This document shows, piece after piece, positions 15,432 through 24,205 of a stretch of 64,000 nucleotides of DNA. The position numbers were made by a program, and so were the translations under genes. The notes beneath the pieces are model-generated. The model was not told the DNA's origin, searched no databases, and saw only the letters and a program-made list of their open reading frames with translations. How positions within the stretch are numbered: position 1 is the first letter of the stretch; each line of letters starts with the position of its first letter. The stretch comes from a virus, in the IMG/VR virus record IMGVR_UViG_3300045391_005044; one strand, 5' to 3'.

Positions 15432-16568
15432 ATGAAAATACGTATTGATAGAGAATTGTTTCTGGCAAAGCTCCAGAAAGCAATAAAATTCGTTCCCAGC
15501 AAGGCAATGCTTCCGGCATTCCTCAATTTTAAACTCACCGTGCGCGATGGCGTTATGGAGATCATCGGTAGCGATCAGAACAACCAGGTGAAAGTGTACT
15601 GCCCCGTTTCTTCTAAGGACACCGGATCCGTGTGCCTTCCGGCAAAGCTCCTTCTGAAGACCATCTCCCTATTCCGGGAGAATGAGGTGCAGATCACACA
15701 GAAAAACGAAAAGAAGGTTGAGCTGAAGTGCGGCAAGTCCAAGTACAACATCGGCATTGACTGCATGCCGGATGACTACCCGGTTATGGAAGTGCGCAAT
15801 ATCACCTCCGACATCAACATGAACCAGTTCTTCCTCAACTCTGCCGTAAAGATAGCCGAGAAGTTCGTCGATGAGGACTGCAAATATGCCAACCTCATAG
15901 GCATAAAGATCGAGGAGGTAGGAAACAGGATCATCTTCACCGGGGCTCACCAGGTAGGCATGAGCAGGGTATCGATAAAGCCTATCTCAAACACCCGGTG
16001 GGGCATAATCGTTCTGCTGGCTGAAACTGCCAACAAGGTCATGACGCTCCTCGAAGACCAGGGAGAGATCACCGTAGCCCACAACGTAGAAAAGATAAAG
16101 TTCATAGCCGGCTCAGGCTCCGACATGTTCGAAGTGTCGGCGGTGACATCGGCAGTGAAGTTCCCAAACACAGAAACCTTCTTTTCCTCCAGGCCCGACA
16201 AGTTCGTTGTCATAAACACCGAAGAGTTCAAGACCGCCGTTAAGCGCCTCATGCTATATTCATCCAGCGAAGAATCCACATTCTTCACCATGTCTTCGGA
16301 TGGCGGCACGGACCTTACCCTGGTGTCGTCCGACAACAACCTGGACAGAGATGGGGAAGAGATCATGACCATCGTGAACAATGGCGGCATATCCTTCAAC
16401 AAGAGCTTCAGTTCGGATACCATGCTGCAGATCCTGAACAATATCGATGAGCAGGAGTTCCTGTTCATGATTCCAGAAGAAACAAACATGCCATACCCGA
16501 TAGTGCCAAAGATCGACGAGGGCAGAGAAGAGATGCTAAGCTTTCTTATAACCGGTCACAGATCCTGA
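15432..16568 (+). CDS. DNA polymerase III beta (sliding clamp)-like protein
   Basis: 378 aa. The N-terminus MKIRIDRELFLAKLQKAIKFVPSKAMLPAFLNFKLTV..MEIIGSDQN follows the DnaN pattern (MKF.I.R..L...L....V..R...PIL..V......L.L.ATD). Length fits three clamp domains. Confidence 0.6.
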   Translation: MKIRIDRELFLAKLQKAIKFVPSKAMLPAFLNFKLTVRDGVMEIIGSDQNNQVKVYCPVSSKDTGSVCLPAKLLLKTISLFRENEVQITQKNEKKVELKCGKSKYNIGIDCMPDDYPVMEVRNITSDINMNQFFLNSAVKIAEKFVDEDCKYANLIGIKIEEVGNRIIFTGAHQVGMSRVSIKPISNTRWGIIVLLAETANKVMTLLEDQGEITVAHNVEKIKFIAGSGSDMFEVSAVTSAVKFPNTETFFSSRPDKFVVINTEEFKTAVKRLMLYSSSEESTFFTMSSDGGTDLTLVSSDNNLDRDGEEIMTIVNNGGISFNKSFSSDTMLQILNNIDEQEFLFMIPEETNMPYPIVPKIDEGREEMLSFLITGHRS

Positions 16569-16569
16569 C

Positions 16570-17295
16570 ATGGACAACAAAATACTACATGGGGACTGCC
16601 TAAACATCATGAAGGATATAGCCTCTCGTTCCGTCAGGATGATATTTGTTGACTTCCCATATGGATCAACGAACGCAAGGTGGGATATGCCAATAGATCT
16701 TATAAAATGGTGGAAGGAAGCGGAAAGAGTGCTTTTCGACAATGGCGTTGTTGTCGCTACGGCCCAGGTTCCATTCGGAATTCATCTTGGTGCATCAAGA
16801 CTAAAATATTTGAGGTATGAATGGATATGGGAAAAGACAAACGCCACCGGACATTTAAATGCAAGAAGAATGCCAATGAAAGCTCACGAAAATGCTCTTG
16901 TGTTTTACAAAAAACTCCCAATTTATAATCCACAAAAAACAACCGGACACGAGCGAAAAGTATCTCTTAAAAAGCACCAGGTATCTTCAAAAAAAACAGA
17001 AATATATGGTAATTTTGAATTTGAGGGATATGACTCCACTGAGCGTTTTCCAAGAAGCGTATTAAAATTCCCATCGGATAAGCAAAAGACAATGCTACAT
17101 CCAACCCAAAAACCAGTCTCCCTGGTAGAATACTTCATAAAGACATACTCCAACGAAGGCGATACTATTTTGGATCCATGCGCCGGATCGGGAACAACTG
17201 GCGTGGCAGCTAAAAATACAGGTAGAAAGTTCATCTTGATTGAAAAAGATGAGCATTATTTTGAAATTTGTAAAAAAAGAATAGCTGATATATGA
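16570..17295 (+). CDS. DNA N6-adenine/N4-cytosine methyltransferase (beta class)
   Basis: Motif IV variant IFVDFPYG near the N-terminus, HPTQKP, and motif I ILDPCAGSGTTGVAA near the C-terminus. Confidence 0.8.
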   Translation: MDNKILHGDCLNIMKDIASRSVRMIFVDFPYGSTNARWDMPIDLIKWWKEAERVLFDNGVVVATAQVPFGIHLGASRLKYLRYEWIWEKTNATGHLNARRMPMKAHENALVFYKKLPIYNPQKTTGHERKVSLKKHQVSSKKTEIYGNFEFEGYDSTERFPRSVLKFPSDKQKTMLHPTQKPVSLVEYFIKTYSNEGDTILDPCAGSGTTGVAAKNTGRKFILIEKDEHYFEICKKRIADI

Positions 17296-19304
17296 TCATA
17301 TCCCTCTACGAAAACACCTTCTCGAAAGAATACGTCAATGTGCAGGCTCCGGAGCTCATGCAGGCCATACTCATGGGCAAGTGGCAGCAGGATGTGGAGT
17401 ACCTGCGCTCCCTTGACGAGAAGATCTACAAAACAGAAAAAACGAAGCTATACGCCTGCACTTGGTCTGGCACCTTCACCGAACGAATTGACAAAGGCTT
17501 GGAGCTATACTCCGGCCTTGTATGTCTGGACATCGACAATCTCAACCCATCGTCGATTGACCACATGAAATCGAGCCTTTCCCAGGATGAGTATGTAAAG
17601 TACGCCTTTACATCTCCTTCAGGGAAGGGCATAAAAATTGTCGTCCAGGTAAACACCGGGCCGGATGATCACCTTAGCGCCTTCCTGCACCTGCAGCGCA
17701 CCTTCGAAGAGAAGTACTGCTTCAAGGTTGATGACTCCGGGAAGAACATCTCCCGCCTGTGTTACGTGTCATGGGACGACCGGGCAATAATTAAGGAGTC
17801 CCAAATATTCCAGGTGGACACAAAGTACGGCAAGGTGGGCACCTACGTCATGCCGGCAGGCCTGGCAAATGGAACAGCCGTAAACGACAACAAACGGATT
17901 TTTGACCTGTGCCTGAAATGGGTGAACAGAACGAAGCAATACGTCTCCGGGCAGCGCAACGTGTATGTGCATGCCGTAGCATGTGCCCTCAACCGGTGCG
18001 GGATGAACATGAGCGATGCGGAGTTCCTGCTCTGTAATGAGTTCAACGACCTGGAGCAGAAGGAGGTCATGATGTGCTGCAAGTCGGCCTACTTTCGCAA
18101 TGCCGGGGAGCACGGCAGTGTAGAAGTGAAAGATATCGGAGGACTGGAAGACTTCATTGCCCCTCCGTACATTGCCAACTATACGGATGATGTTGTGAAG
18201 AACGATCTCATGCGCATCACGGGCATGCTGTTCCACCACAATGTTCCCAAGCAGGAGATACAGGACCTGGTGGTAAAGATCGCAAAGTATTACAAGTCGG
18301 AGGGCATGATAGACTTTGACCGGGCTACACTGAAGGATCTCATGAATGAGGCGGTGAGGGTGCTGAACCAGAATATAGCCTCTGCGTCGGAGAAGAACGC
18401 CCTGGAATACGAAACTGCCGAAGATATGGGCATGAGCCTGCTGATGTCTGCCGCTGGAGCTGATGCCATAAAAACGGGCATCCGGTCGATCGACGAGGCT
18501 ATCATGGGCGGCATGGTGCCTGGCACATTCCTGGGCATCATTGGCTTCGGTGGTACATTCAAGAGTATCCTGTCCATGTACATTGCTTATATCAACGCCA
18601 TGAACGGCGTTCCGTCTCTGTATTTCAATGGTGAGATGTCCAAGTTGCAGTACTATGAGAGGCTTGCCCTGATGACGCTTAACATCATCTGGAGGAAGGC
18701 TGTAGAGACCGGAGAGATACACTCCGGAAACATATCGGAGATAATCGCCCGGATGATGGAGAAGGTAAAGCGGAACCTGATCGTTTATAACGGCTCCAGC
18801 TTCAACGAGGCCAACATCATATCCACCATTGAAAAGGTGGAGGCCAAAGAGGGGAAGAAGATACGCCTGGTGCTGATCGATGGCATCACACAGATGGATG
18901 CCAAGGGCCGGGAGGAGATCCCTGCTGCCATCATGAACTCCGGCATATGCAAGGAGGTGGCCAAGAAGACCAATACCGTTGTTTTGGGTCTGCTGCACGT
19001 ATCCGGACCGGTAGACAAGACCCACCGGGATACCGGGGAGAAAGTTCGGGGAGGACAGAAGATCATAGCAAACATGGATGGATATTTTTCTACCTCCCTG
19101 CTGATCGACCGGGAGAAAACGGAGGCCCTGGAGAATGATTCCGATATAGCCTTCCTGGAGGGGAAGATGTACCTTCGCTACACAGACAAGAGGAGCGGCT
19201 TTGGCGTCACCAGTGTGATCGTCGATGTGCAGGATAACCTACACCTGCGGGAGGAGATTTGTGATCCCAATAGTTATGAAGTAAAAATAAATAAGAGACG
19301 ATGA
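17292..19304 (+). CDS. primase-helicase fusion (BT4734/VirE-N-like primase domain + DnaB/RecA-like ATPase)
   Basis: N-terminal WSGTF..YSGLVCLDIDNL..FTSPSGKGIKIVVQV..NISRLCYVSWD. C-terminal Walker A GIIGFGGTFKS and Walker B IRLVLIDGITQMD. Confidence 0.7.
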   Translation: MIISLYENTFSKEYVNVQAPELMQAILMGKWQQDVEYLRSLDEKIYKTEKTKLYACTWSGTFTERIDKGLELYSGLVCLDIDNLNPSSIDHMKSSLSQDEYVKYAFTSPSGKGIKIVVQVNTGPDDHLSAFLHLQRTFEEKYCFKVDDSGKNISRLCYVSWDDRAIIKESQIFQVDTKYGKVGTYVMPAGLANGTAVNDNKRIFDLCLKWVNRTKQYVSGQRNVYVHAVACALNRCGMNMSDAEFLLCNEFNDLEQKEVMMCCKSAYFRNAGEHGSVEVKDIGGLEDFIAPPYIANYTDDVVKNDLMRITGMLFHHNVPKQEIQDLVVKIAKYYKSEGMIDFDRATLKDLMNEAVRVLNQNIASASEKNALEYETAEDMGMSLLMSAAGADAIKTGIRSIDEAIMGGMVPGTFLGIIGFGGTFKSILSMYIAYINAMNGVPSLYFNGEMSKLQYYERLALMTLNIIWRKAVETGEIHSGNISEIIARMMEKVKRNLIVYNGSSFNEANIISTIEKVEAKEGKKIRLVLIDGITQMDAKGREEIPAAIMNSGICKEVAKKTNTVVLGLLHVSGPVDKTHRDTGEKVRGGQKIIANMDGYFSTSLLIDREKTEALENDSDIAFLEGKMYLRYTDKRSGFGVTSVIVDVQDNLHLREEICDPNSYEVKINKRR

Positions 19305-19462
19305 AAAGAAGACTTCTAAAAACAAAATGGCTCTGGATAAAGCGCCACGAATGGCACGGAGGCAATATTTACACCAGATATACTCACGCAATATATCGCT
19401 CATACGAATTCTTTTACCCTTGGGGTATAACCAGAGATTTTGTAGTAAAAAATGTAATTTAA
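19301..19462 (+). CDS. small (53 aa) basic aromatic-rich protein, not in ORF track
   Basis: ATGA overlap with the primase-helicase stop (19301-19304). Ends 4 nt before the next ATG. Sequence MKRRLLKTKWLWIKRHEWHGGNIY... Confidence 0.35.
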   Translation: MKRRLLKTKWLWIKRHEWHGGNIYTRYTHAIYRSYEFFYPWGITRDFVVKNVI

Positions 19463-19466
19463 GCCC

Positions 19467-19934
19467 ATGAAAAAACAACAAGACCTGTTCAGTACTGAAG
19501 AGTACAAAAAGACCTTTGTGAAAAACAAAAAAGTGAAGGAGGAGAGCATCCAGCTGCAGGTGTGCGACTACCTACGAAAGAACTACCCGAATGTAATTTT
19601 CACATGCGATCTGGCTTCCGGGTTGAAGCTTCCGATATGGATCGCTGCCAAGCACAAAAAGATGCGATCGTCGAGGGGGCTGCCGGACCTGTTTATTGCT
19701 CACGTCAGGTTAAAACTAAAATCAATGGGAGACAGTGAACATGAACATGTAACCGGCCTATTCATAGAGCTCAAAAAAGATTCGGCCAGGCTCAAAAACG
19801 GTGGTATCGCCAAGTCGGATCACCATGACGAGCAGGAGGCTATATTGTCCAGACTACGGCAGCAGGGATACAGAGCAGAATTTGCCTGTGGGTACGAAGA
19901 GGCCGTGAAGCTCATCGATGAGTACCTATCATAA
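19467..19934 (+). CDS. VRR-NUC-type PD-(D/E)xK nuclease
   Basis: QLQVCDYLRKNYP..., GLPDLFIAH and LFIELKK form the D...ExK pattern typical of the VRR-NUC domain. Confidence 0.6.
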   Translation: MKKQQDLFSTEEYKKTFVKNKKVKEESIQLQVCDYLRKNYPNVIFTCDLASGLKLPIWIAAKHKKMRSSRGLPDLFIAHVRLKLKSMGDSEHEHVTGLFIELKKDSARLKNGGIAKSDHHDEQEAILSRLRQQGYRAEFACGYEEAVKLIDEYLS

Positions 19935-19948
19935 ATTATTCGATATTT

Positions 19949-19979
19949 TTTGCAAAATTCCGAACAAAAAGTATATTTG
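19949..19979 (+). promoter_or_regulatory. Bacteroidota-type promoter
   Basis: TTTG (19949-19952), 19-nt spacer, TATATTTG (19972-19979). Shares AGTAyATTTGCATCAA with the promoter at 5026. Confidence 0.45.
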
Positions 19980-19997
19980 CATCAAATACTTCAACTT

Positions 19998-20288
19998 ATG
20001 AGCGCAAGCGATGTTCAATTTATCGGCATAAAGCGGATTACCCGCGACAAGGATCAGAAAAAAGTGGTACGCGATGAAACGATCCGGATCAAGGACATCA
20101 AAAGCTTTCGCCCATGGCACAAAACGGAGAAGGATGCCGAGATCCCTGGGGACATCACCCTTATTGTTTCTGACAGCATAGATCAGGAGGAAGTTACCGG
20201 TAAAGTTGACAAGGTGACTACCATACTGATCAGTGAGGGATACAAGTCCTTCGAGGAGCGCCTGGGGTCTGTTGTAGTTATCCGGTAA
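19998..20288 (+). CDS. hypothetical protein
   Basis: The tracked ORF start at 19950 lies inside the promoter. The first ATG downstream of the -7 box is 19998 (MSASDVQF...). Confidence 0.5.
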   Translation: MSASDVQFIGIKRITRDKDQKKVVRDETIRIKDIKSFRPWHKTEKDAEIPGDITLIVSDSIDQEEVTGKVDKVTTILISEGYKSFEERLGSVVVIR

Positions 20289-20704
20289 TGCCTCTCCTGG
20301 ACATATACCTGGGCAGCAAGGAGGTCAAGAAAATGCTGGTAGCTCGATCAGCAGAATTTGAGATTCCATTCCGGTATGTGTGTGAGGAGATAGGCGTAGA
20401 CTACATGCATTTCATGTCGAGCTACATAAATGCCATTGAAGCCACAAAGGACCCTATAACAGAGAAGCAGTTCGAGAAGATGCTAGAAATATTCGGGATA
20501 GAGGTAAGAACGGTGTTTGTGATCGACAAGGACTACAACGGGGAGGCGATGAGGCTGCACCTGAAGTCGAAGTATGACAGAGAGAAAATAGAAAAGAGAC
20601 TACGTAAACATGGAAAAGAGACGGGAATTATTACCGATATTGAACAAGGCGATCATAGCGTTGACGAACATGACCCCGGAGGCATCGAATTTGGAGTATC
20701 ATAA
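20288..20704 (+). CDS. hypothetical protein
   Basis: 138-aa ORF with TAATG coupling to the upstream gene. Confidence 0.5.
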   Translation: MPLLDIYLGSKEVKKMLVARSAEFEIPFRYVCEEIGVDYMHFMSSYINAIEATKDPITEKQFEKMLEIFGIEVRTVFVIDKDYNGEAMRLHLKSKYDREKIEKRLRKHGKETGIITDIEQGDHSVDEHDPGGIEFGVS

Positions 20705-20867
20705 TAATGATAAGCTGTCGAGGGCCCTGAAGCAGAAGATCGTAAAATTCAAGGCTGAAGAGCTCGCTGATCTTTTCAGTGCCGTGCAAGAAATTAGAGC
20801 AGACATAAATAAAGTAAAAATCACCAAAAAACAACAGAAAAATGAATCAACAGAGACAGTACACTGA
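20670..20867 (+). CDS. hypothetical small protein (start uncertain: 20610 or 20670)
   Basis: The only ORF covering the 20705-20841 gap. Overlaps both neighbours. Confidence 0.3.
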   Translation: MTPEASNLEYHNNDKLSRALKQKIVKFKAEELADLFSAVQEIRADINKVKITKKQQKNESTETVH

Positions 20868-21561
20868 AGTGACAGGTGGATCCAACAATGAGCGTTGGGA
20901 GCCACAAAAAAGCAACATGCCTATCGATCCTAATAATCCTCCCATGCTGGAAGGATATTACAAAAGGCAGAGGGAGCAAAATGGAGCGAATGGACCATTC
21001 CTGGTACACGAAATCGCAACAGTAAACCCAGACGGCAGTCTTGGAGAAGATCTGGACCTGTCGGGCGGAATGGCATTGGACAGCACAATGGAGCAGATCA
21101 GCATTGGATCATTTGTATGCATCCAGTATCTTGGCAAAAAGCCTTCAAAAACTCCAGGCCGTTCCTACCACAACTGGAAAGTGTTCAAGGACGACAATGC
21201 GATCCCATACCAGAAACTTGCCGGCATGGGGCAATCTCAAGCATCAACACAGGCTCCAGTTAATAAGCCGCAGCAGGGCAATACGCAAGGCAATTTTCAA
21301 CAAAACTCCGGGCAAAATCAAAACTGGAACAACAACCCCAATCACCAGGCAAATCAGCGCCAGCAGGTGAACAATCCTCAACAAAACACTGGCAATTTCA
21401 ATCAGAATTACCAGGGCCAAAACTTCAACCAGACTGGCCAAAATTTTGGCAACGGGCAAAATACCGGATACCAAAATACTGGAGCCCGACAGGGAATGAA
21501 CCAGGGCCAACAAAACAATGGGGTGCACGGCGATCCTTTTCAGGACGATTTGCCCTTTTGA
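20842..21561 (+). CDS. SSB-like protein with Q/N/G-rich linker and acidic DDLPF tip
   Basis: The C-terminal ...DPFQDDLPF matches the bacterial SSB tail (DDDIPF type). It is preceded by a ~110-aa Q/N/G-rich disordered linker. The N-terminal ~120 aa could be an OB fold, but I did not recognise it directly. Confidence 0.45.
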   Translation: MNQQRQYTEVTGGSNNERWEPQKSNMPIDPNNPPMLEGYYKRQREQNGANGPFLVHEIATVNPDGSLGEDLDLSGGMALDSTMEQISIGSFVCIQYLGKKPSKTPGRSYHNWKVFKDDNAIPYQKLAGMGQSQASTQAPVNKPQQGNTQGNFQQNSGQNQNWNNNPNHQANQRQQVNNPQQNTGNFNQNYQGQNFNQTGQNFGNGQNTGYQNTGARQGMNQGQQNNGVHGDPFQDDLPF

Positions 21562-21602
21562 TGTGTATCACGCAATAAAAACCATGGCGGTTTAAAAAGG
21601 TA

Positions 21603-21711
21603 GGAAGTGTATCTCAGCTGGTTAGAGGGTCCGCATCAGGAAACTGAAAAGAGCGGTAAGCGGCCGAATGAAAACAGGCTACATGCGCGGGTTCGACTCC
21701 CGCCACTTCCA
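21603..21711 (+). tRNA. tRNA-like gene, 109 nt, class-I type arms with a ~35-nt central insert
   Basis: Acceptor GGAAGTG/CACTTCC. D arm TCTC-AGCTGGTTA-GAGG. T arm GCGGG-TTCGACT-CCCGC. The centre has CCGC...GCGG enclosing a TCAG-GAAA-CTGA tetraloop hairpin. No canonical anticodon arm found by hand. Confidence 0.45.
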
Positions 21712-21726
21712 CAATTTCAAAATACT

Positions 21727-22176
21727 ATGCAACCAGTAAAATATCTGAAAATAGATTCTTTTGACACTGAGGACACGAACGCACTGTTCGAAGCAATGTG
21801 TGTCAATATCGCGCACCTAACTCCATTTGAAGGGAAATGCCGGATCCTGGATATATCAGGCAGCAAAGAAAAGATCGATGCTTATAAAGCCTCTCTGGCG
21901 GATGTTCTGAAGTTCGTGAAGAAGTATGACATAAAGTTCGACTTCAAGGTCACCTATGTGTCAACGAATCCGGCTGACGAAAAAAAAAAGCCGATTCCCA
22001 ATTTTTCGGCGGGCTTATCAGAAGATTACTCAAAGGTTTTCATGAGAGAGCAGGCCGAGGACATAAAGGATCCAGAATTGAAGGAAACATCCCGACCGGT
22101 CAAGCCAGTGATTGCCGATCCGCCTCCATCCATCAAGATGGACCTCAATAACCTGCCGGAACCACCGGCACTATAA
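21727..22176 (+). CDS. hypothetical protein
   Basis: The tracked ORF start at 21607 lies inside the tRNA-like gene. The first ATG after it is 21727 (MQPVKYLKIDSF...). Last gene of the rightward module. Confidence 0.5.
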   Translation: MQPVKYLKIDSFDTEDTNALFEAMCVNIAHLTPFEGKCRILDISGSKEKIDAYKASLADVLKFVKKYDIKFDFKVTYVSTNPADEKKKPIPNFSAGLSEDYSKVFMREQAEDIKDPELKETSRPVKPVIADPPPSIKMDLNNLPEPPAL

Positions 22177-22180
22177 AAAA

Positions 22181-22200
22181 AGGAGGGCTAATACCCTCCT
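22181..22200. terminator. bidirectional rho-independent terminator between convergent modules
   Basis: AGGAGGG-ctaata-CCCTCCT hairpin, with an A-run on the left and a T-rich tract on the right. Sits between the stops at 22176 (+) and 22188 (-). Confidence 0.55.
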
Positions 22201-22445
22201 CCTAATTTTGGTGCTTCTGCTCCTGGTGCAGATTTCGTATGGCAGAGCTTCCAGAGTTCCTTGAACCGATCAAAGGCTTTATCCAGGCCATCTTCATCTC
22301 CGTCAAAGTCGTAAACTTCCTTTTTGTACTGGTAATCAGTATTTTCGTACTTACCGGTGCCATTCTTTGTTTGGATGTCGTAGGAGATGATCACTCCATT
22401 GTCTGCCGGCTCCATTCTGAGACAGCTGTACTTCGTTGTTGCCAT
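22188..22445 (-). CDS. hypothetical protein
   Basis: 85-aa ORF, last gene of the leftward late module. Confidence 0.5.
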   Translation of the reverse strand: MATTKYSCLRMEPADNGVIISYDIQTKNGTGKYENTDYQYKKEVYDFDGDEDGLDKAFDRFKELWKLCHTKSAPGAEAPKLGGGY

Positions 22446-22464
22446 ATAGGTTATATTTTAAATA

Positions 22465-23232
22465 TTAAGGGAGCCAGGCGTTTATATCGGCTATAGCCTG
22501 GTTTAGGCTGGCGAGTGTTCCCTGGTTCCAGGTAGGCTTGTTCGATACATCCTGCAGTTCAATGTTGAATTTGCGATCGCCTGTTGCCAGAATCTCAATG
22601 ATGGTAATTGTTGGGTATGGATAGATCCATTCCCCTGGGTATGATCTTGGCTGACTGTCACCTTCTGCAACAGCTGTGTCGCCGGTTATTGTAAGCACAA
22701 GATCGTTTGCCGGCGAAGCTCCGCCAAGGTCGGTACCCAAAATGGTAATGGTATCACCCACCTGGTACCCGGTGCCTGCGGTTACAACGGTCACGGTATC
22801 ATACACGCCCGTCGCGTCCGTCACATCAAAAGTGGCACCTGTTCCTGATCCGCTGGTTGTTCCTGATACGCCGTTCCATGTTCCAGGGCCCGCAGATGTG
22901 CCTGCCTTGGAAAATGAACCATTAATGGTCAGGTCTTCTCCGTCTTCAAATTGGCCCACAACATCGTTGAGTTCAAATCCACCAGTTCCAATGAAACCTG
23001 CTATTGTTCCGGTTGCTCCGGATGTAACTCCAGTAACAGTGTCTCCGATAGATGCCGGAGAAGATATTGATGAATAAAACAGATCTGCATTGGAAGGCTT
23101 CTTGTTGAATTTCACAGGATATACGCCAACGATCTCACCCATAGGTATGAGTTCGGTGCTATTGCTTCCTGTTGGGTCTGGCGTGACCTCCATTGCGGTG
23201 GCTCCCAGAATTATGGTAACTGTTTTTGACAT
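22465..23232 (-). CDS. G/T/S-rich virion (fibre-like) protein
   Basis: 255 aa, rich in G/T/S/V beta-type repeats (GVTSGATGTIAGFIGTGG, SGTTSGSGTGATF). Lies in the fibre cluster. Confidence 0.4.
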   Translation of the reverse strand: MSKTVTIILGATAMEVTPDPTGSNSTELIPMGEIVGVYPVKFNKKPSNADLFYSSISSPASIGDTVTGVTSGATGTIAGFIGTGGFELNDVVGQFEDGEDLTINGSFSKAGTSAGPGTWNGVSGTTSGSGTGATFDVTDATGVYDTVTVVTAGTGYQVGDTITILGTDLGGASPANDLVLTITGDTAVAEGDSQPRSYPGEWIYPYPTITIIEILATGDRKFNIELQDVSNKPTWNQGTLASLNQAIADINAWLP

Positions 23233-23236
23233 AACG

Positions 23237-23244
23237 CAAATGTA
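23237..23244 (-). promoter_or_regulatory. -7 box TACATTTG 4 nt upstream of ATG (leaderless-type late promoter)
   Basis: The minus strand reads TACATTTG-cgtt-ATG for the gene starting at 23232. Confidence 0.35.
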
Positions 23245-23256
23245 GTGAATTTTCGA

Positions 23257-24198
23257 TTAAAATGGCCAAATGATCTCCTGACCAGTGTTATAAACAATGG
23301 AAGCGGATCCAGAAGTAGCTGTTTGGATCCGTACCAGTGCATTACCAGGAATAGATCCGGTAAGCTGTGTGGTTTGACCATCGTTGAGCTGCACAGTAAC
23401 CGTCAATGTAACAGAATTAGAATTTCCTATCTGCGGAATACTTATCCAGCTGCTCCCACCATTAGTACTGTATTGAAGAGTTGCTGTAGCTGATGAAGTG
23501 CCTGCAAGCAGCGGATTCGTTGATGTGCAGGAAATAGAATAGCATACAGTCTGAAATTTTGTCGTTGAAATTGTATAATTACTATTCAGTGTCCTGCTAA
23601 CGTTGTTGTTGATAGTTGGCGCCGCAATCGATATTGTATAGTTTGGAGCAGATCCTGTAATCGTAATTCCATTTCCAGCTGTAAAATTAGCATTACTTCC
23701 GTCTGCACCGGCAGGTCCAACTGGCCCCTGCGGTCCAGTTGCTCCGGTAGGCCCCGTCGAACCAGGCATTCCCTGCGGTCCCTGATCCCCTTGTGGACCA
23801 GTAGCACCGGTGGCACCCGTTGGGCCAGTAGGACCTTGTGGTCCAGGATTTGATGAAGCATAAGCTCGTAATATAGATAATGAGTCATTAAGTCCAGACA
23901 CGTCCGATGTTTTCAGGTTTACCGGACGCAGGATACCGTATTTGTCGGCTGCAATTACCCGGTAGTTCTCGGTTAAATAGGAACTCGTTGAATCTAGCGG
24001 AAAGATCCTGAAATACGTGGTGTCGAACTTTATGATCGTATCGAAAAAAGGATCTTCGAATCCTACCATCTGGTAAGAGTGGTGGATGTTTCCTGACCAC
24101 AGCGGATTATCGTTAACTAAGTACCAATCGGATGAAGTGATTTGCGCTCTGATCAGGGTAGTCAGGAGCATGAACGTAAGGACGATTTTTGTTTTCAT
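23257..24198 (-). CDS. collagen-like repeat protein with N-terminal signal-like peptide (fibre protein)
   Basis: 16 consecutive G-X-Y triplets ([49 protein letters not shown]). N-terminus [19 protein letters not shown]. Confidence 0.7.
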   Translation of the reverse strand: MKTKIVLTFMLLTTLIRAQITSSDWYLVNDNPLWSGNIHHSYQMVGFEDPFFDTIIKFDTTYFRIFPLDSTSSYLTENYRVIAADKYGILRPVNLKTSDVSGLNDSLSILRAYASSNPGPQGPTGPTGATGATGPQGDQGPQGMPGSTGPTGATGPQGPVGPAGADGSNANFTAGNGITITGSAPNYTISIAAPTINNNVSRTLNSNYTISTTKFQTVCYSISCTSTNPLLAGTSSATATLQYSTNGGSSWISIPQIGNSNSVTLTVTVQLNDGQTTQLTGSIPGNALVRIQTATSGSASIVYNTGQEIIWPF

Positions 24199-24205
24199 GA
24201 TTATT

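Noticed and set aside
17769-19025. 418-aa ORF antisense to the primase-helicase gene. Similar long antisense ORFs lie at 11142..11795, 15947..16489, 6055..6465, 3557..4060 and 2955..3461.
   Set aside because: The composition (H/L/V/G/R-rich, no motifs) is typical of shadow ORFs. They stay open because the G/C3-biased sense genes avoid TTA, CTA and TCA codons. The sense genes have clear motifs.
21041-21528. ORFs 21041..21370 (+) and 21244..21528 (-) over the Q/N-rich part of the SSB-like gene.
   Set aside because: They are a low-complexity CAA/AAC-rich DNA artefact. The SSB-like frame ends in the diagnostic DDLPF tip.
23586-23888. Alternative-frame ORFs over collagen-repeat DNA (23586..23888, 30858..31082, 30994..31239, 30996..31226).
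   Set aside because: GGN-CCN periodic DNA is stop-poor in several frames. The G-X-Y frame is clearly the coding one.
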